From NCBI GenBank assembly GCA_047495785.1, contig JBLDXI010000036.1:434001-498000 (forward strand): a stretch of 64,000 nucleotides of DNA. Direction: 5' to 3'. This DNA is from Lepidodermella squamata (lineage: Eukaryota > Animalia > Gastrotricha). Position numbers and translations under genes: made by a program. Positions 1-11,875 of the stretch are shown piece after piece. The notes below the pieces were generated by a model. That model saw nothing but the letters and a program-made list of their open reading frames with translations, was not told the DNA's origin and ran no database searches. Positions within the stretch are counted from its first letter, which is position 1, and every line of letters begins with the position of its first letter.

Positions 1-989
1 GGAAAACGTCAGATTCGAGCTCCTAAATAACAAGTGATCTACACGGACTCCTTTTTATTCTGATCATGAATATTGGGTTACGAATATATCAAAACTTCAA
101 AAGCAGGTTTTAAGTTGAACATTGATATCTTTAGGCATAGAGCCGCTTCTGGAACAGAGTCCTCATTTTCGACGAAGCTATGAGCTTGAGTAACCGTAAG
201 TTATCGTTTTAACATTAGGCAGGGTCGTATCTTGAATTAGTATGAATTCAGGGTGAAGAATGTAATTTTTCGACCAAGAAGCGATAAAGAAAGCTCTAAT
301 CGCAGGCTTTTTGTTGCAGGACCGATTTTGATTAAGCGCCCCTTAGATCACGGCTTTGCTATTAGCTGCATTTTTCAAGAGCGGGATGCGGGAACTGGTT
401 CAAAATGAGTGTATCAACGGCTTGGCAGTGTTCCAAACAGGTGTCCCAAGAAGGTAAACCGAGTCAAAATACTGCAGCCAGAGAAGCCGGGAATGGTTCA
501 TCTTTTATCTGGTATGCGCGGCGTTGTTCCTGGCACCGTTCCAAGTCAGCTCCCTAGCGAAAGGCCCCGCTAGTAATAGAGCGATACTAGCTCCAAGTTA
601 TCCTGGTTTTTTCTGAAGTTAGTGCAGTCGGTTGCGCTGTGTGATTTAGAGAAAGCAGTTATATTGCTCTCCCGGTAGAACTGTCCCTTCACGGTCCGGC
701 CCATCTTCCACAGCTCACAAGTTCGGAGTGGATCCGAAGTACCCTACCTGTTGCCAACAGAGCCTATGAGTCTCCTATGGGCTATCAGGGTTCACTCCGC
801 AAGTGTATACTTTTTCTTGACATGACTCTTCCCTTTGACATGCGAAAATGGGACTAATTTGGTTACTACCTTGTCACAAAACGTGGGTTCAAAGTAGGGT
901 AAGTTCGCCTGGAGCTCTCAACCTACTTGAACACTACACCAGTAATTACAAAACTGAATTCACTAGATGACGAATTGGGTAAGGTTTTG

Positions 990-1662
990 TAATTACTGCG
1001 ACACAGTCATTGGCGAAGCCTGCAAAACTTCAAGAGATCGAATGCAAAGCCTTCAGGACAGAGCCGTTCGTATCATCATGAACGCGCCGTACAATGCCGA
1101 CGCAGCTCCTTTACGGAAAGAGCTTGGTTGGCTGGACTTGTCTGGAAAACGCAACGTCCACTTAGCTACGTTAATGTTTCGATGCGTAATTGGCGAAGCC
1201 CCTGACGCCATTATTAACTTATTTACAGTCAGCAAGCCAAGTCGCCTTCGCAGCTCGCGCTTAACCTTCCAGGTACCGAAGATGCGGCTCGATTTCGGAA
1301 TGGCCAGCCTGAGCTATCGAGGCCCGAAATTTTTCAACACCCTGCCAGTCAATTTCCATTGCTCACAACATCGAGCAATCGATATTGGCGATTACGACGG
1401 CACTCTACCAACGTGCTACTGCGGTCTCAAAGCTTGCGCGAGCGCAAAAGACTGCCGACAAATAGTCTACGAACACTTCTTAAATTGTTGATTATTTTTA
1501 CTACATTTGTTGTATTGTTGTGTACTGATTGTTGCGACTTATGAAACGGCCTGATTAGACACCGTATCTCTGCCTAATTGTTTTTTCACTCGCCCCTTTT
1601 CACACTTCGAGCTCTCAACAATGGGATTTATGCTCAATAAATAAATAAATAAATAAATAATA
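990..1662 (+). mobile_element. 5'-truncated CR1/L2-clade LINE 3' end (ORF2 C-terminal tail plus (AATA)n tail)
   Basis: ORF 967-1491 has the typical post-RT motif YCDTV...LQDRAVRII...L..LGWL...R..H...MFR...AP...LR...SYRGPK.FN.LP. It is followed by an (AATA)n tail at ~1637-1662. Confidence 0.8.
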
Positions 1663-3846
1663 AGGTAAATTTTACGATCTTTGACCTTTTTCGTTATGCT
1701 ACCAAAAGGAACTAGAATTCTCGGGTGTGACTTTTTTTATCCGACAAATGTCTTAACTCATCCGAAATTCTAATCATAAAATCATATGAAAAATTCAATT
1801 TTCTAGATTTTCCCATAGGTAAATACCCCCATTTTGCACTCTTTGGCCCCGAGTAGGAAGAATTGTATGGCAAAAGATTTATGGCGATCAGAGTAGTCTC
1901 TTTTTTACTGTAATTTTTCGAAAATATGAAAAAGCAAGTCGGATGATTCTAGTCCTATTTTTGCATTTCGGATGAAATAAGACACGAGTTGGCAATATAA
2001 GGATGAATTCAGATATATTTTGAAAATCGGTGAATTATGATTCTCACAGGGCCCTAATTGAGGGGACTTCACAAGCTCGAATCCCATACCCCAATTAGGT
2101 GTTAGGTGTATAAAAGGTATAAAAGGTGTTACAAACTCAATGGGTAACGGGAAACATTCGAAACGCCCATCGGTTAACTTTTAGCTGTTAGGTTAGCTAA
2201 GGGCACAAGGCTTCATTTATAATTAGACTACAGCATGATGTCATTTCTAGGATTGCTATTCGTAAACAGTGTACACGTGATTTTGCTGATGGTGGTGGAG
2301 TTTGACGATCTATGATATCTAATTATGATATCTAATCTGACATCATAAAATCAGCAAGATGAGACCTATTCCAGGCTTAGTGCCTAGCAAGAAGTGACGA
2401 TTTTCGCAATGTTCAATTCTTCAAAATACCAGCATCCGCTATCCGTTCAAATTTAAACCATATATCGTGGGAATTCGAAGTATAATATACAGAATGATGG
2501 GGACTCGTTCGGGATCAAATTTGTCCAGTTCTGAGAAGACTAAGCTGCAAACCTGGGAAATAAGTTTTGTGTGGCGATTGAGGTTGACCTCGTTGACTAG
2601 ACCTGCCCTATTCAATGGTCAAATTTTTTAAATATTTCTCAATTTTCGAACCTATGCAACGGTCCTAGAACTAAATTCATAGTGTGTCCCACACACCTGG
2701 CCTGTTCCGAAGAAATCATTGACAGAGAGTTTCGACTGGCGAAGAGAGAATTCCAGCCAGCGCGTGCGATGCGGCCGATGCATGGATCCTAGTTTAGTTT
2801 CGAGTTTAGCAGGGTTTCAGATGACAGATTTTACTGTTTATGTTTAGAATGCTATGCTATAACTCGGAAGCACATGATTAGACACGGCTTTCTGGGCTAT
2901 CTATCAGGTCACAGGGACGGAAAAACGAGATACTTTGATTTTTATGATTTTGTTGATTAATAAAGCTGCAAAATTTAAAAATTCTCGCATTTTTATCATA
3001 ATTGGAAAATAGAATTTGAAAGCGCTCCAGTAAACAGTAAGACCTTATTGTCAGAAGAGAAATTTGATGCAATTTTAATGTAACAGATCTAAACAGGCCA
3101 TCAATCGAACCTTCCAGTGAGATAATTGCAACATATTAGGTGAACAAGAGAATATCTGACGAGCGACTAATGGCTTCACATTGAGAAGTTGCATTTATAC
3201 CGAATGTAGTGCCCTTTAGTTGACTAATTCTATCTCTGCTTCGTTACAAATTACCGGTAATGCCAGCAAAAATTAACGGTATTTCGTAACGTCAAAAGTG
3301 TCGGTACAAAATAACGAAACTTAGTGTCGATACGAAACACCGATACTTAGTTACGACCGCAACGGTACTTTTGCCGTAATTTGGGCAGTTAAATTGTTAA
3401 AAATAAATCGCGAGAGAAGCAATTTAGGATGCCACTTTTTAATGGGATTAAAAAATTTCGGAGAAATTTAGTCTAAACTAAAAATGACCAGACCAAACGG
3501 AAAGGTTACCATCGGAATTCCCTGATTTTCTCCGGTAAATTTTGATTTTTTTCGGGTAAGGTCACGGATAAATAAATTGAAAAATTCTGAGAAAAATGAA
3601 ACCAATTTTAAGGAGCAATCTTTCATACACTGTTTTGAATACTTTCGAACTGGAATACTTACTGGAATAATAGTTGTAAATTTTTCCGCAAGAAAATGAA
3701 AGTGCAAGGGCTCAATAATCGAAATTCGTAAAAAACCCGAAACCCCAGTCTAAACTTAGCCTTGAACCCTAACCGAACCCTGACACCTAACCTATTAACC
3801 TCTCGGAACCTATTTAATTTATTGGCGACACAGAAATGCTTCAAAA

Positions 3847-5489
3847 CTAGCTCGAGCAAAAATCCGGAAAATTCGGATACTCACCACTTTCGGATTGCAA
3901 CACGCGCTTCAGGTCCTTCTCCGAGTCAATGGTGGGTACAACGTCGAACGGGATGCCTTGTACAGAGAAAAGGCCGCGGCACGGTGGAAGTCCGAAAAGC
4001 GCCTCGTACGGAGTTGTACCGATTCCGACGTGCCAAGTGGTGTTGACAGCGAGTTGAATAGCGGGAAGTTTCGCCACCCAACGATAGGAGCCATTGTCCA
4101 GCTGAGTAGCCGCAACAGCATCGTTGATCTTTTCGTTTAGCCGCTCCACGCTATTAAATGAAAGTAATTTATTAAAAATTAAAAAAATATTCAAAAGATT
4201 AAAATTTTGATGTTAGAATTCTAAAATAACCCGAATTAAAATCAAAGAGCCCACGACGAATTAAAAATACCCACCATCCTTGAGATTGACTGTGTCGAGG
4301 TCGACCATGGACAATTCTACCAACAGGGTTCAACTCGTTTACGCGTTTCACCAGCTGCGCATTTGTGAATTCTTTGCCGTTGTCACACTAGAGAAAAAAA
4401 ATTGGATTAAAATTTAATCAATTTTATATAAAAAAATTAGCAAAATTGTAAATAAGCGCGAGAAGGGTAATACTCACGTGCAAAATTGTTGGACAGCCGA
4501 TTATGCTGAAAATATCGACAAGAACACCCGCTACAACTTCCTTGGATTTCGCAATCAAAGGACGCAGGAAGCAAAATTTTGTCAACAGATCGATAAAACA
4601 CAAAATATAGACATAAGGAGATCCGGGGTTTGCGTTAGAATCATCTGGTTTCCGAGTCATGTCTGCAAAAAATATTAAAAAGTTAGAACACACGTCTTAA
4701 TTTATGAAAAAGCTGATAAAAAAAACGAAAAATAAAAATAAACTCACCGATAAGGTCAGCCTGACCTCGCTCGAGAAACCGCTTCGGTCTCGACGGTCGT
4801 ACCACAACCTTGGTCGTTTTCGGCTTTCGACGGCGATCGCATGTTTCGCAGGTTTCGACGTACAGCTCGCAAGCCTGCCGCGTAATGTTGGCGCATTTGT
4901 CCTTCAATTGCTCGTAGGTTCTTCTATAGCCCCGATGGTTTTCACCATGAGCCATATCAATGATCTGCATATTAAAAATAATATGAAAAAATTGAGAAAA
5001 TTTTTTTGTAAAAAAACCTGCGTGTCCCATAAGTAACGCAAGCATAGGAAATACACGGAAAGGGTAAAAAAATTGAATAAATCACGAGAATAGCTATCAA
5101 ATATGTCTCTTGTGAATAGATAAAAAATGCCGATAAATTAGATCTAACCATGTAAAAAACCGAAAACTACCAAACCAACTACCAAACCTGATTTTTGAAC
5201 TTACATCGTAGAAGTCTTCGATGGGATAGTAGAATAACACCCGCTGCTCGCTTTCGTAAGCCTTTCGATCAACAAGTCGTTCAGTACCATCGACGACGTG
5301 GACCAGGTAGCGATGGTCGCGGCGGCGGTCGAGAGAAGTCTCGCGCTTGTTGTGGGCGTTTTTCGTTTCTTCGATTTTCGACGCTAGTTGTTGACGGTTG
5401 AATAGCGCGTGATTATCGCCCGCTTTCTCACGAATCTTCTCCAACTGTTCATTGAACAGCTGACGATGTTCGTCAACGATGATGCTCAT
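3847..5489 (-). CDS. Intron-containing KRBA2/SCAND3/Ginger-like DDE integrase (H2C2 zinc finger + rve), 5 exons
   Basis: Spliced reading: AHGENHRG...CETC (H2C2), QADLI|DM, YILCFIDLLTKF, ILH|CDNGKEF, HGRPRHSQSQG|CVERLN, TPYEALFG. GT-AG introns restore the frame and the D,D,E triad is intact. Confidence 0.85.
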
Positions 5490-5782
5490 AATTATTTATA
5501 AAACCTAAACAACAAACAACAGGAAAATTAGTAGTTGGGGTTATTTTGAAGGGTTATTTTATTAAGGTTGTAACGCTTGATCAACGGAATATTGATTCAT
5601 AGAATAATGAAGTCAGATAATCAGTACAGTTGTAGACAAAATCACCGGCTGCAGAGCCGACCAGCTTGGCATGTGGACCTGAAAGATAAACGAACATTAG
5701 ACGAACATTAGACGAAGGTCAATTTGGCGAAAAAATGGGGGAGAAATTCGCTAAAAAAACGCTGGAAAAAATAACTAACCTT

Positions 5783-6220
5783 TCAATTTTCCAACATTGG
5801 AAGGTCATCATCATCAGAGGGTTGACCTTGTGCTTGTTGAACGGCTGCTTCTTGAGCGGCTGCTTGTTGCGCGGCTAGTCGACGGCGGCGCTGCATTTCA
5901 GCGATCGACTCGGCGATGTCCGGCAATACCGGGTCGATCGGGAGATCGTCGACTTCCTCCGTCTCGGAGCCGGAGTCACTGACTTCCGACCCCAAGGTCG
6001 AGTCTTCGAGGTGATGCTCGATCTCCTCCACGTCGATGAGCACGTGGCCGGCAGCGTTGACGTAGTAGCCTACGCGATTTTCGTCAGGCCGCCAATTGTT
6101 GCCGTTGCCCTGCCTGTTATTGTTGCCGCTGCCGGAGCCGCCGTTGCCGGAGCCGCCGTTGCCGGAGCCGCCGTTGCCGAAGCCGCCGTTGCCGAAGCCG
6201 CCGTTGCCGCTGCACGCCAT
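5783..6220 (-). CDS. Gly/Asn-repeat, acidic low-complexity protein of unknown function, upstream of the integrase
   Basis: ATG at 6220 gives MACSGNGGFGNGGFGNGGSG..., with a 15-bp tandem repeat at ~6120-6210 and GC-rich codon-like composition against AT-rich flanks. Confidence 0.5.
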   Translation of the reverse strand: MACSGNGGFGNGGFGNGGSGNGGSGNGGSGSGNNNRQGNGNNWRPDENRVGYYVNAAGHVLIDVEEIEHHLEDSTLGSEVSDSGSETEEVDDLPIDPVLPDIAESIAEMQRRRRLAAQQAAAQEAAVQQAQGQPSDDDDLPMLEN

Positions 6221-7426
6221 TGAACAGTAGTGAGTAGATAGTAGTGAGTTGGGAGTATTGAGTTTAGTTAGTTGAGTTGTTATCAAAAATTGAAACTTCT
6301 CAAATGATGGTTACAAATTGAGCTTTCAGTTATCGGCTGTCAGTGGGTGGAGCTTAGTGTTACACGTGCGTGATATTGACAGGTATACCCGGGTGCCATT
6401 CAGCGCGCGTCTTGTCGTGCCGCGTGTAATCTAAATAAATCACGCATACCATCAGATGCGCGTTACAGCGGCGATGTCAAACAGCGGCGTCTCTATGATC
6501 TTCTAAGATTGATTCATCAGTAACCTCATCATTAAACAACACGTGTCGAGCTTCATTCAATTGCGGCGACTTTTATTGTCAAACGAGAAGCCAAAAAAAT
6601 GAAAAATGATAATGATAGAAAATAACATAGATTGGAAAAGAGACTCCATCATTTTTATTCCGTTTTAAGTGTAATAACAGTCGTTAAGGTACAACGGGTT
6701 CCATGCTGGTTGTAGAACGGGCGCGCCCAGGCAATAAACTTATGTCGTAAGACGGCGCTAGTCAGGCGGCCGAAGTCCAGCGGCCCGAGCCCGGCAGCCC
6801 GAGTGCGGCGCTGAACAATAGCGCTGGTTCCCATTGTTCTCCGCCGTGCTCGGGCCAACACCTCGGCCGGCCCGTGTGCAGTGAAGCGGATTTCGTTGAA
6901 ATTCGTTAAATTTACAGTAAACGTCGCATACGGGTAAATTTTAAACCGGCCCGAGCGCGGAGTGGTAAAATGCTGTTACCCGGCCGCGTACGGGCTGACC
7001 CGAACGCGGCCGGGCCGAATTCGGACTCGGGCCCCAACATTGCGAAGTAGGATCCTCGAGCCTCGAGACAGGTTGATATTTTGGGGTAATTTTGGTGACT
7101 TCTTGCTCGAAACCTTCGTGAGGGGGATGCGGTGACTCCCTTGCACCCCATTCACTTCCCGCCTACTCTAATATCTTCCTGCATCCTCATGAACATTACC
7201 CACTGCTCTCCAGTACTTATCCATACAGCAATACTGTCGAGAAGAATGAAAAATACGATTCATAATGAAACTTAGATTTAAAATCTCGCTATTCATGGTT
7301 TAGGTAATACTAAGGTAATACTAAGGCGATGCGCTCAAAGGAATTATTCAACCGAAAAGTGCACTAGCCCCAATAGCCAAAACAAATAAATACTCACGTT
7401 GTGAAAAGCTCACAGTCACTTATTTC

Positions 7427-8541
7427 ATGATCTTAAATAGAAACCTCAATGTAATTATTACTACTACCGCTCTTATTATCATTCTCATAGTTTCTTTTCT
7501 TCACACTAATCGAACTAAAGATTGCGAACGTGTGGGGCTAAATGTCAATCGATCAATCAGCGGCATCGAATGGCTCGAAAGAATCTACCGAAAAAGCCCG
7601 GTTGATTCCTTGAAACTTTTCTACCCAGAAAACGTCTCGAAAAATATTCGTGAATCTAGTCCGAAATGCGACTTAGTCACTGGGAATCGCGTTGTAGTCA
7701 CCTTTGGATCAAATGGCACCCATCTGAAGCAGGCCGAGAGGCATTGTGCCATAGCTGTGTCTATTCAAGGCATCGCTGCTTGCGTTGTTGCAAATTCAAA
7801 CATTTACGACGCCGCGTTTTACGCCAGAAATTTCGAGAGAATTCTATCGAGGCCTCGTGGTGCTGGATACTGGCTATGGAAACCTTATTTAATTATGAAA
7901 TCGCTGGTCGAAATGCCTGAGAATGATGTTTTACTGTATTTGGATGGTGATAAGTATCTTGTCAATAATTTGGAGGAATTCGCCTGCTTACAGGTATTTT
8001 TATAAAAATTGCAAAAATGTAATTCAATTCACCCAACTTTCAGGCTCGACTCAATCAAGACGTAGTTGTCTTCAACCATGAAAAGCCGTATCTCGAGCAT
8101 AATTGGACAAAAAGCGACGTTTTCTTACTAATGAATGTCGAAAACCCGCAACCGAAATTAAGCGAAACAATGCAAATTTACGGGGCCTATTTGCTGTTGA
8201 GAAAATCTTTCGAATCTATGCGCTTCCTCTCAGAATGGCTGACCTATGCCCAGGACGAGCGAATTATCGATGATAACCCAAGTTTTATTCGGAAAAACTT
8301 GCCTGGTTTCAAGCAGAACCGCCACGATCAGTCGATTTTGAGTGTTCTGGCTAAAAAATGGAACTTCAAATCGTGGCCAAATCCTGAACTGGCGGATTTT
8401 TCGAAAAATAGCTACCCACGTTTCAAAAGTGGCGAATTCGCACCTTGTTATAATTGTTTAGATTTCGATAAATTGGCTATTGAAAATGTGAAATTGCCGA
8501 CTCGTAAGTTGGTGAGACAAGGCCTTATTGTAAAAAGCTGA
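7427..8541 (+). CDS. Type II membrane glycosyltransferase-like protein, 2 exons
   Basis: N-terminal TM anchor and motifs RGAGYWLWKP, LLYLDGD (DxD-like), WTKSD, RHDQSILS. Intron 7994-8043 (GT..CAG) joins ORFs 7427 and 8131. Confidence 0.75.
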
Positions 8542-9272
8542 TTGTTTGCTCAATAAAATTTCCTCTGTAAGTTTCAAGTTTATCTTTGTAGTTAAATGAA
8601 TCATCATTTCGAAAGGCTGAATCCTGGTTTTTTCGCCTTTTTTCGTAAGTTCAATTTTTTCTTCTAAAAGAATGGAGGGAATTCCTAAATTTGTGACCTT
8701 TTATCCAATTAATATTACAAGAGTAAATCACTGAAGTTCAATGTTTTGGCAACGATTAGTCATGCTTTATTGAAGCGCCGTTTTCCAAAGCCAAGGATGA
8801 CTCATGAAAGTCGGCCGTAACCGCTAGATACCCCTTAGTCATCAACCTATTGAATACTAACTAAAACTGCCTTTAACGGCAGACATAAATCATATTTTTT
8901 TCGGCCACGCGTGACTGAACACGCAGGGGCGTTTGTAAAAAAATAAGAGAGAATTATCAAAAGCCATCATTGAGCAGAGATTATTTCTATACATAAAACT
9001 CAAGTTTAAGAGGCGAAAAAAGTTGAATGAAAGCACGCGCGTGGTGGCATGGTTACGGCTGAAGCAACACCTACCCCCTCCATAGTAATATAGCAAAGTT
9101 TTTTATCAACAGCCGTAGCATCATCACGTAGATATTATTTTCGTTCAATGACAGCGCGAGATAATCTCTTCCTCGTCATCATTAGCAACTTTTTCCACTC
9201 GAGAGCGAGAGAGATATTACACATTTTTTCGGCTGATTTAAACTTGAATACTTGACTTTTGATTTTTGAACG

Positions 9273-10248
9273 ATGAATTTATCAGTTTTTGCCACATGCT
9301 TCGCTCTGGTCGTGTTAACTGCTGTGCTGTTACCAGTTAATTCGCGGCCTCTATCGCGAGCGAAACGATCTCAAGTCGATGATGCAAAAAGTAATTTGAA
9401 TTTTTCCAATTTTCTCGCACGAAAACAAAAATACTTATGTTTTAAAAAAATTCCAATCAAGAGAAAAGAGTTCTCGAAGAGAGAAAAAAGTAAAAAAAGA
9501 ATTAGTTAATATTAAAAAATCAATCAGTTTGAAATTCTCTGCATTTGTGGAATAATCCCGCAATTTTTCCGGGATTTTCTCAAATTTTAATATAATTTTG
9601 ATTTTCTTTTCAGACCCGTTTCATATTTTTTCTCGAATTTCTAGTAAATTACAAAATAATTCTTAAATTCATAAATTTGAATGTTGAGTTTGAAGCGAAA
9701 AATTCACATTCGCAGTACTCATAGGTATTTTTAAATAATAAAAATAAATTAAATAATAACCATTTCACCTAAATCTTCAATGATACCAAAATTATCAATA
9801 TATGCATGATCGTATTTTTTTCAAAATTTTCCGCTCAATTTGGTCTTTTTTACAGAATATTAGTCGGTTGCGCTCATGATTAGGTTAACATAATTCACTC
9901 TTAAATCATTTTTGCCTGATTTATATGCCCAATAATTTCTTTTACGCCGATGTAAATTCAAGCCCGCTTCATTCTAAATTTGTTACGATTTTTTCTACAA
10001 ATTTCGTATTTTTTCCAGGTTCTCCCGTAGAGGTGACCGACGTAGAACAATACATCACAGACTTGATCGAAAAGCGCGACTACGACACGCTTATCTCCCT
10101 TCTCCGGTTCATCCGGCAAAAGGAGAAGGCTCAAATTCAAGCCGACTGCATGGCCATCTTCAGATCTCGGGCTATCTGCAACGGCTCGGCAGCGTTCAAC
10201 ATATGGCAAAAAACGATTGCCGAACGGCTAAAGCCACATAAAGATTAA
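9273..10248 (+). CDS. Secreted prepropeptide (neuropeptide/hormone-like precursor), 2 exons
   Basis: Signal peptide MNLSVFATCFALVVLTAVLLPVNS, RAKR and EKR dibasic sites, and a Cys pair CMAIFRSRAIC. Intron 9391-10018 is in frame. Confidence 0.65.
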
Positions 10249-10369
10249 TTAATCGATGTATATGATTCATCAATAGGCCCTGAATATATTGCCAATATGC
10301 ATGAAATACTCTAATCATTTGAAATACAACAAGTTCGATGTTTATTTTTTCCGTTGTAAATGTTAAAAT

Positions 10370-11875
10370 TTAGTCGAAACGATCGCAGGAGAAGGTGGTG
10401 AAGCCAGCTGCAGTTTGGAAGGCCTGCTTAGCCGCTTCTTTAACGTCGCTACCATCGAGTGACATGCCGGCTTCGACAACTGCAGCGACAGTTTGGGTTG
10501 TAGCCACTGAAACCTTCTTGATAAAGTCCTTGCAACCCTGTTTGTCCTTGCAGCAGATAGCGCCGAAGTCGTACGGGCGCGAGCTCGGGCAGTTAGCCCA
10601 GCAGACGGGCCCAACGCCAGAGTACTTGTCCGGGCAGTACGGGTAGCACAGACCAGCATCGTACTCCTTATCCGGGCCGCATCCCATCGGGTAGCCAGCT
10701 CCACGGCCGTAGCTGTGCTTCGTGTAGGTGTGGACGTCAACGCGGCACGTACAACCGTCGTTTTTGTATTTCGGTTCGTGATCTGGGCAGAACGAGCAGC
10801 CCTTCGAGAAGGTCAGGCCGCATTTGTCGTACCACGGGCACGCCTTGTTGTTGGACGAGATGATCTTAGCTGGACGGGTGCAGAAGGCTCCGGTATCGGT
10901 GTATCCGGACTTGCAGGTCTCCCAGCACTGGAAGGCAAGTAATAAGGGAATACTCTATGGCTAGCCATGGAGAAATAAAATTTCCCCCCGATCTGGAACC
11001 CCGAGTGAGTTTGGCGCAGCCAAACGAATCGAGGGGTTCCAGAGAGGGGGGAAATTGGATTTCTCCATGGAAAGCCATAGAGTAATGCTATTCCTACAGG
11101 CGCACTATCTGGAGCCACTTTTTGGGGTGTTAAAGGGTCATACCCCTATGAAAATAGCGTAAAAAATTGAAATAAAAAGTCCGCCTTAAAAAATTTAATT
11201 CAGCCATAGAGAAATCAAATTTCCCAATGGCAAAATTTTACCATGCGTATGTAGGAATCAAAAGAATTGAGGAGGATTTTTGAGTAAAAAGACCCGGAAA
11301 AACCCGATTTCGGTAAATTCCGGCGAAAATCCCGTAAACCTCCAATTTCACTAATTTTTAGTAAAAAAACCCGAAAAAACCCGATTTCGGTACACTTCGG
11401 TATTTTTGAGCTCGTCAAATCGGGTTTTTAGCTTTACTTAATTTTTGATTGCTTTCTAATCCCTTCCAGAGATTCTGATACTATATTTGTGAAGAGCCTC
11501 AAGACTTACAACTGGGCCAACTCCCTTGTAGCCGTCGCGGCAATAGGGGTAGCACAAGAGTCCGTCCTTTTGGAGGCCCTCAGCGCAGGTGTTGACCGGC
11601 TTTCCGACGCCACGGCCCTGTGAACTCTTCCAGCACAGACCGAGCTTTTCCTTCATGATAACGACGACATTTGTGAAGTTGACATTAGCCAGGATGTTGC
11701 TGATCAGATTTCCAATCGGGTTGAACTCTTCGTCCTCATCAACCCAGCCAGACAAGCTTTTACGAGCGTCGACTAAAAAGAAAGGAAAGTCTGAAAAAAC
11801 TGAAGCTAGATTAGGCGGGGTTTTACCTTGAGACGCTACGGCAACTAGCAGAAGAGCGGCAACAAAAAATCGCAT
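10370..11875 (-). CDS. Secreted Cys-rich protein with two GRGxG..C..DxGLCY..C..GVGPVCW repeats, 3 exons
   Basis: Signal peptide MRFFVAALLLVAVAS. Intron ~10928-11509 joins GVGPV|CWETC, and the last exon 10370-10927 is an open frame of 186 codons. Confidence 0.8.
10953..11082. mobile_element. 130-bp hairpin MITE with TA TSD, nested in another repeat within an intron
   Basis: CTCTATGGCTAGCCATGGAGAAAT...ATTTCTCCATGGAAAGCCATAGAG flanked by TA/TA. The host repeat without this insertion occurs inverted at ~59800-59925. Confidence 0.75.
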
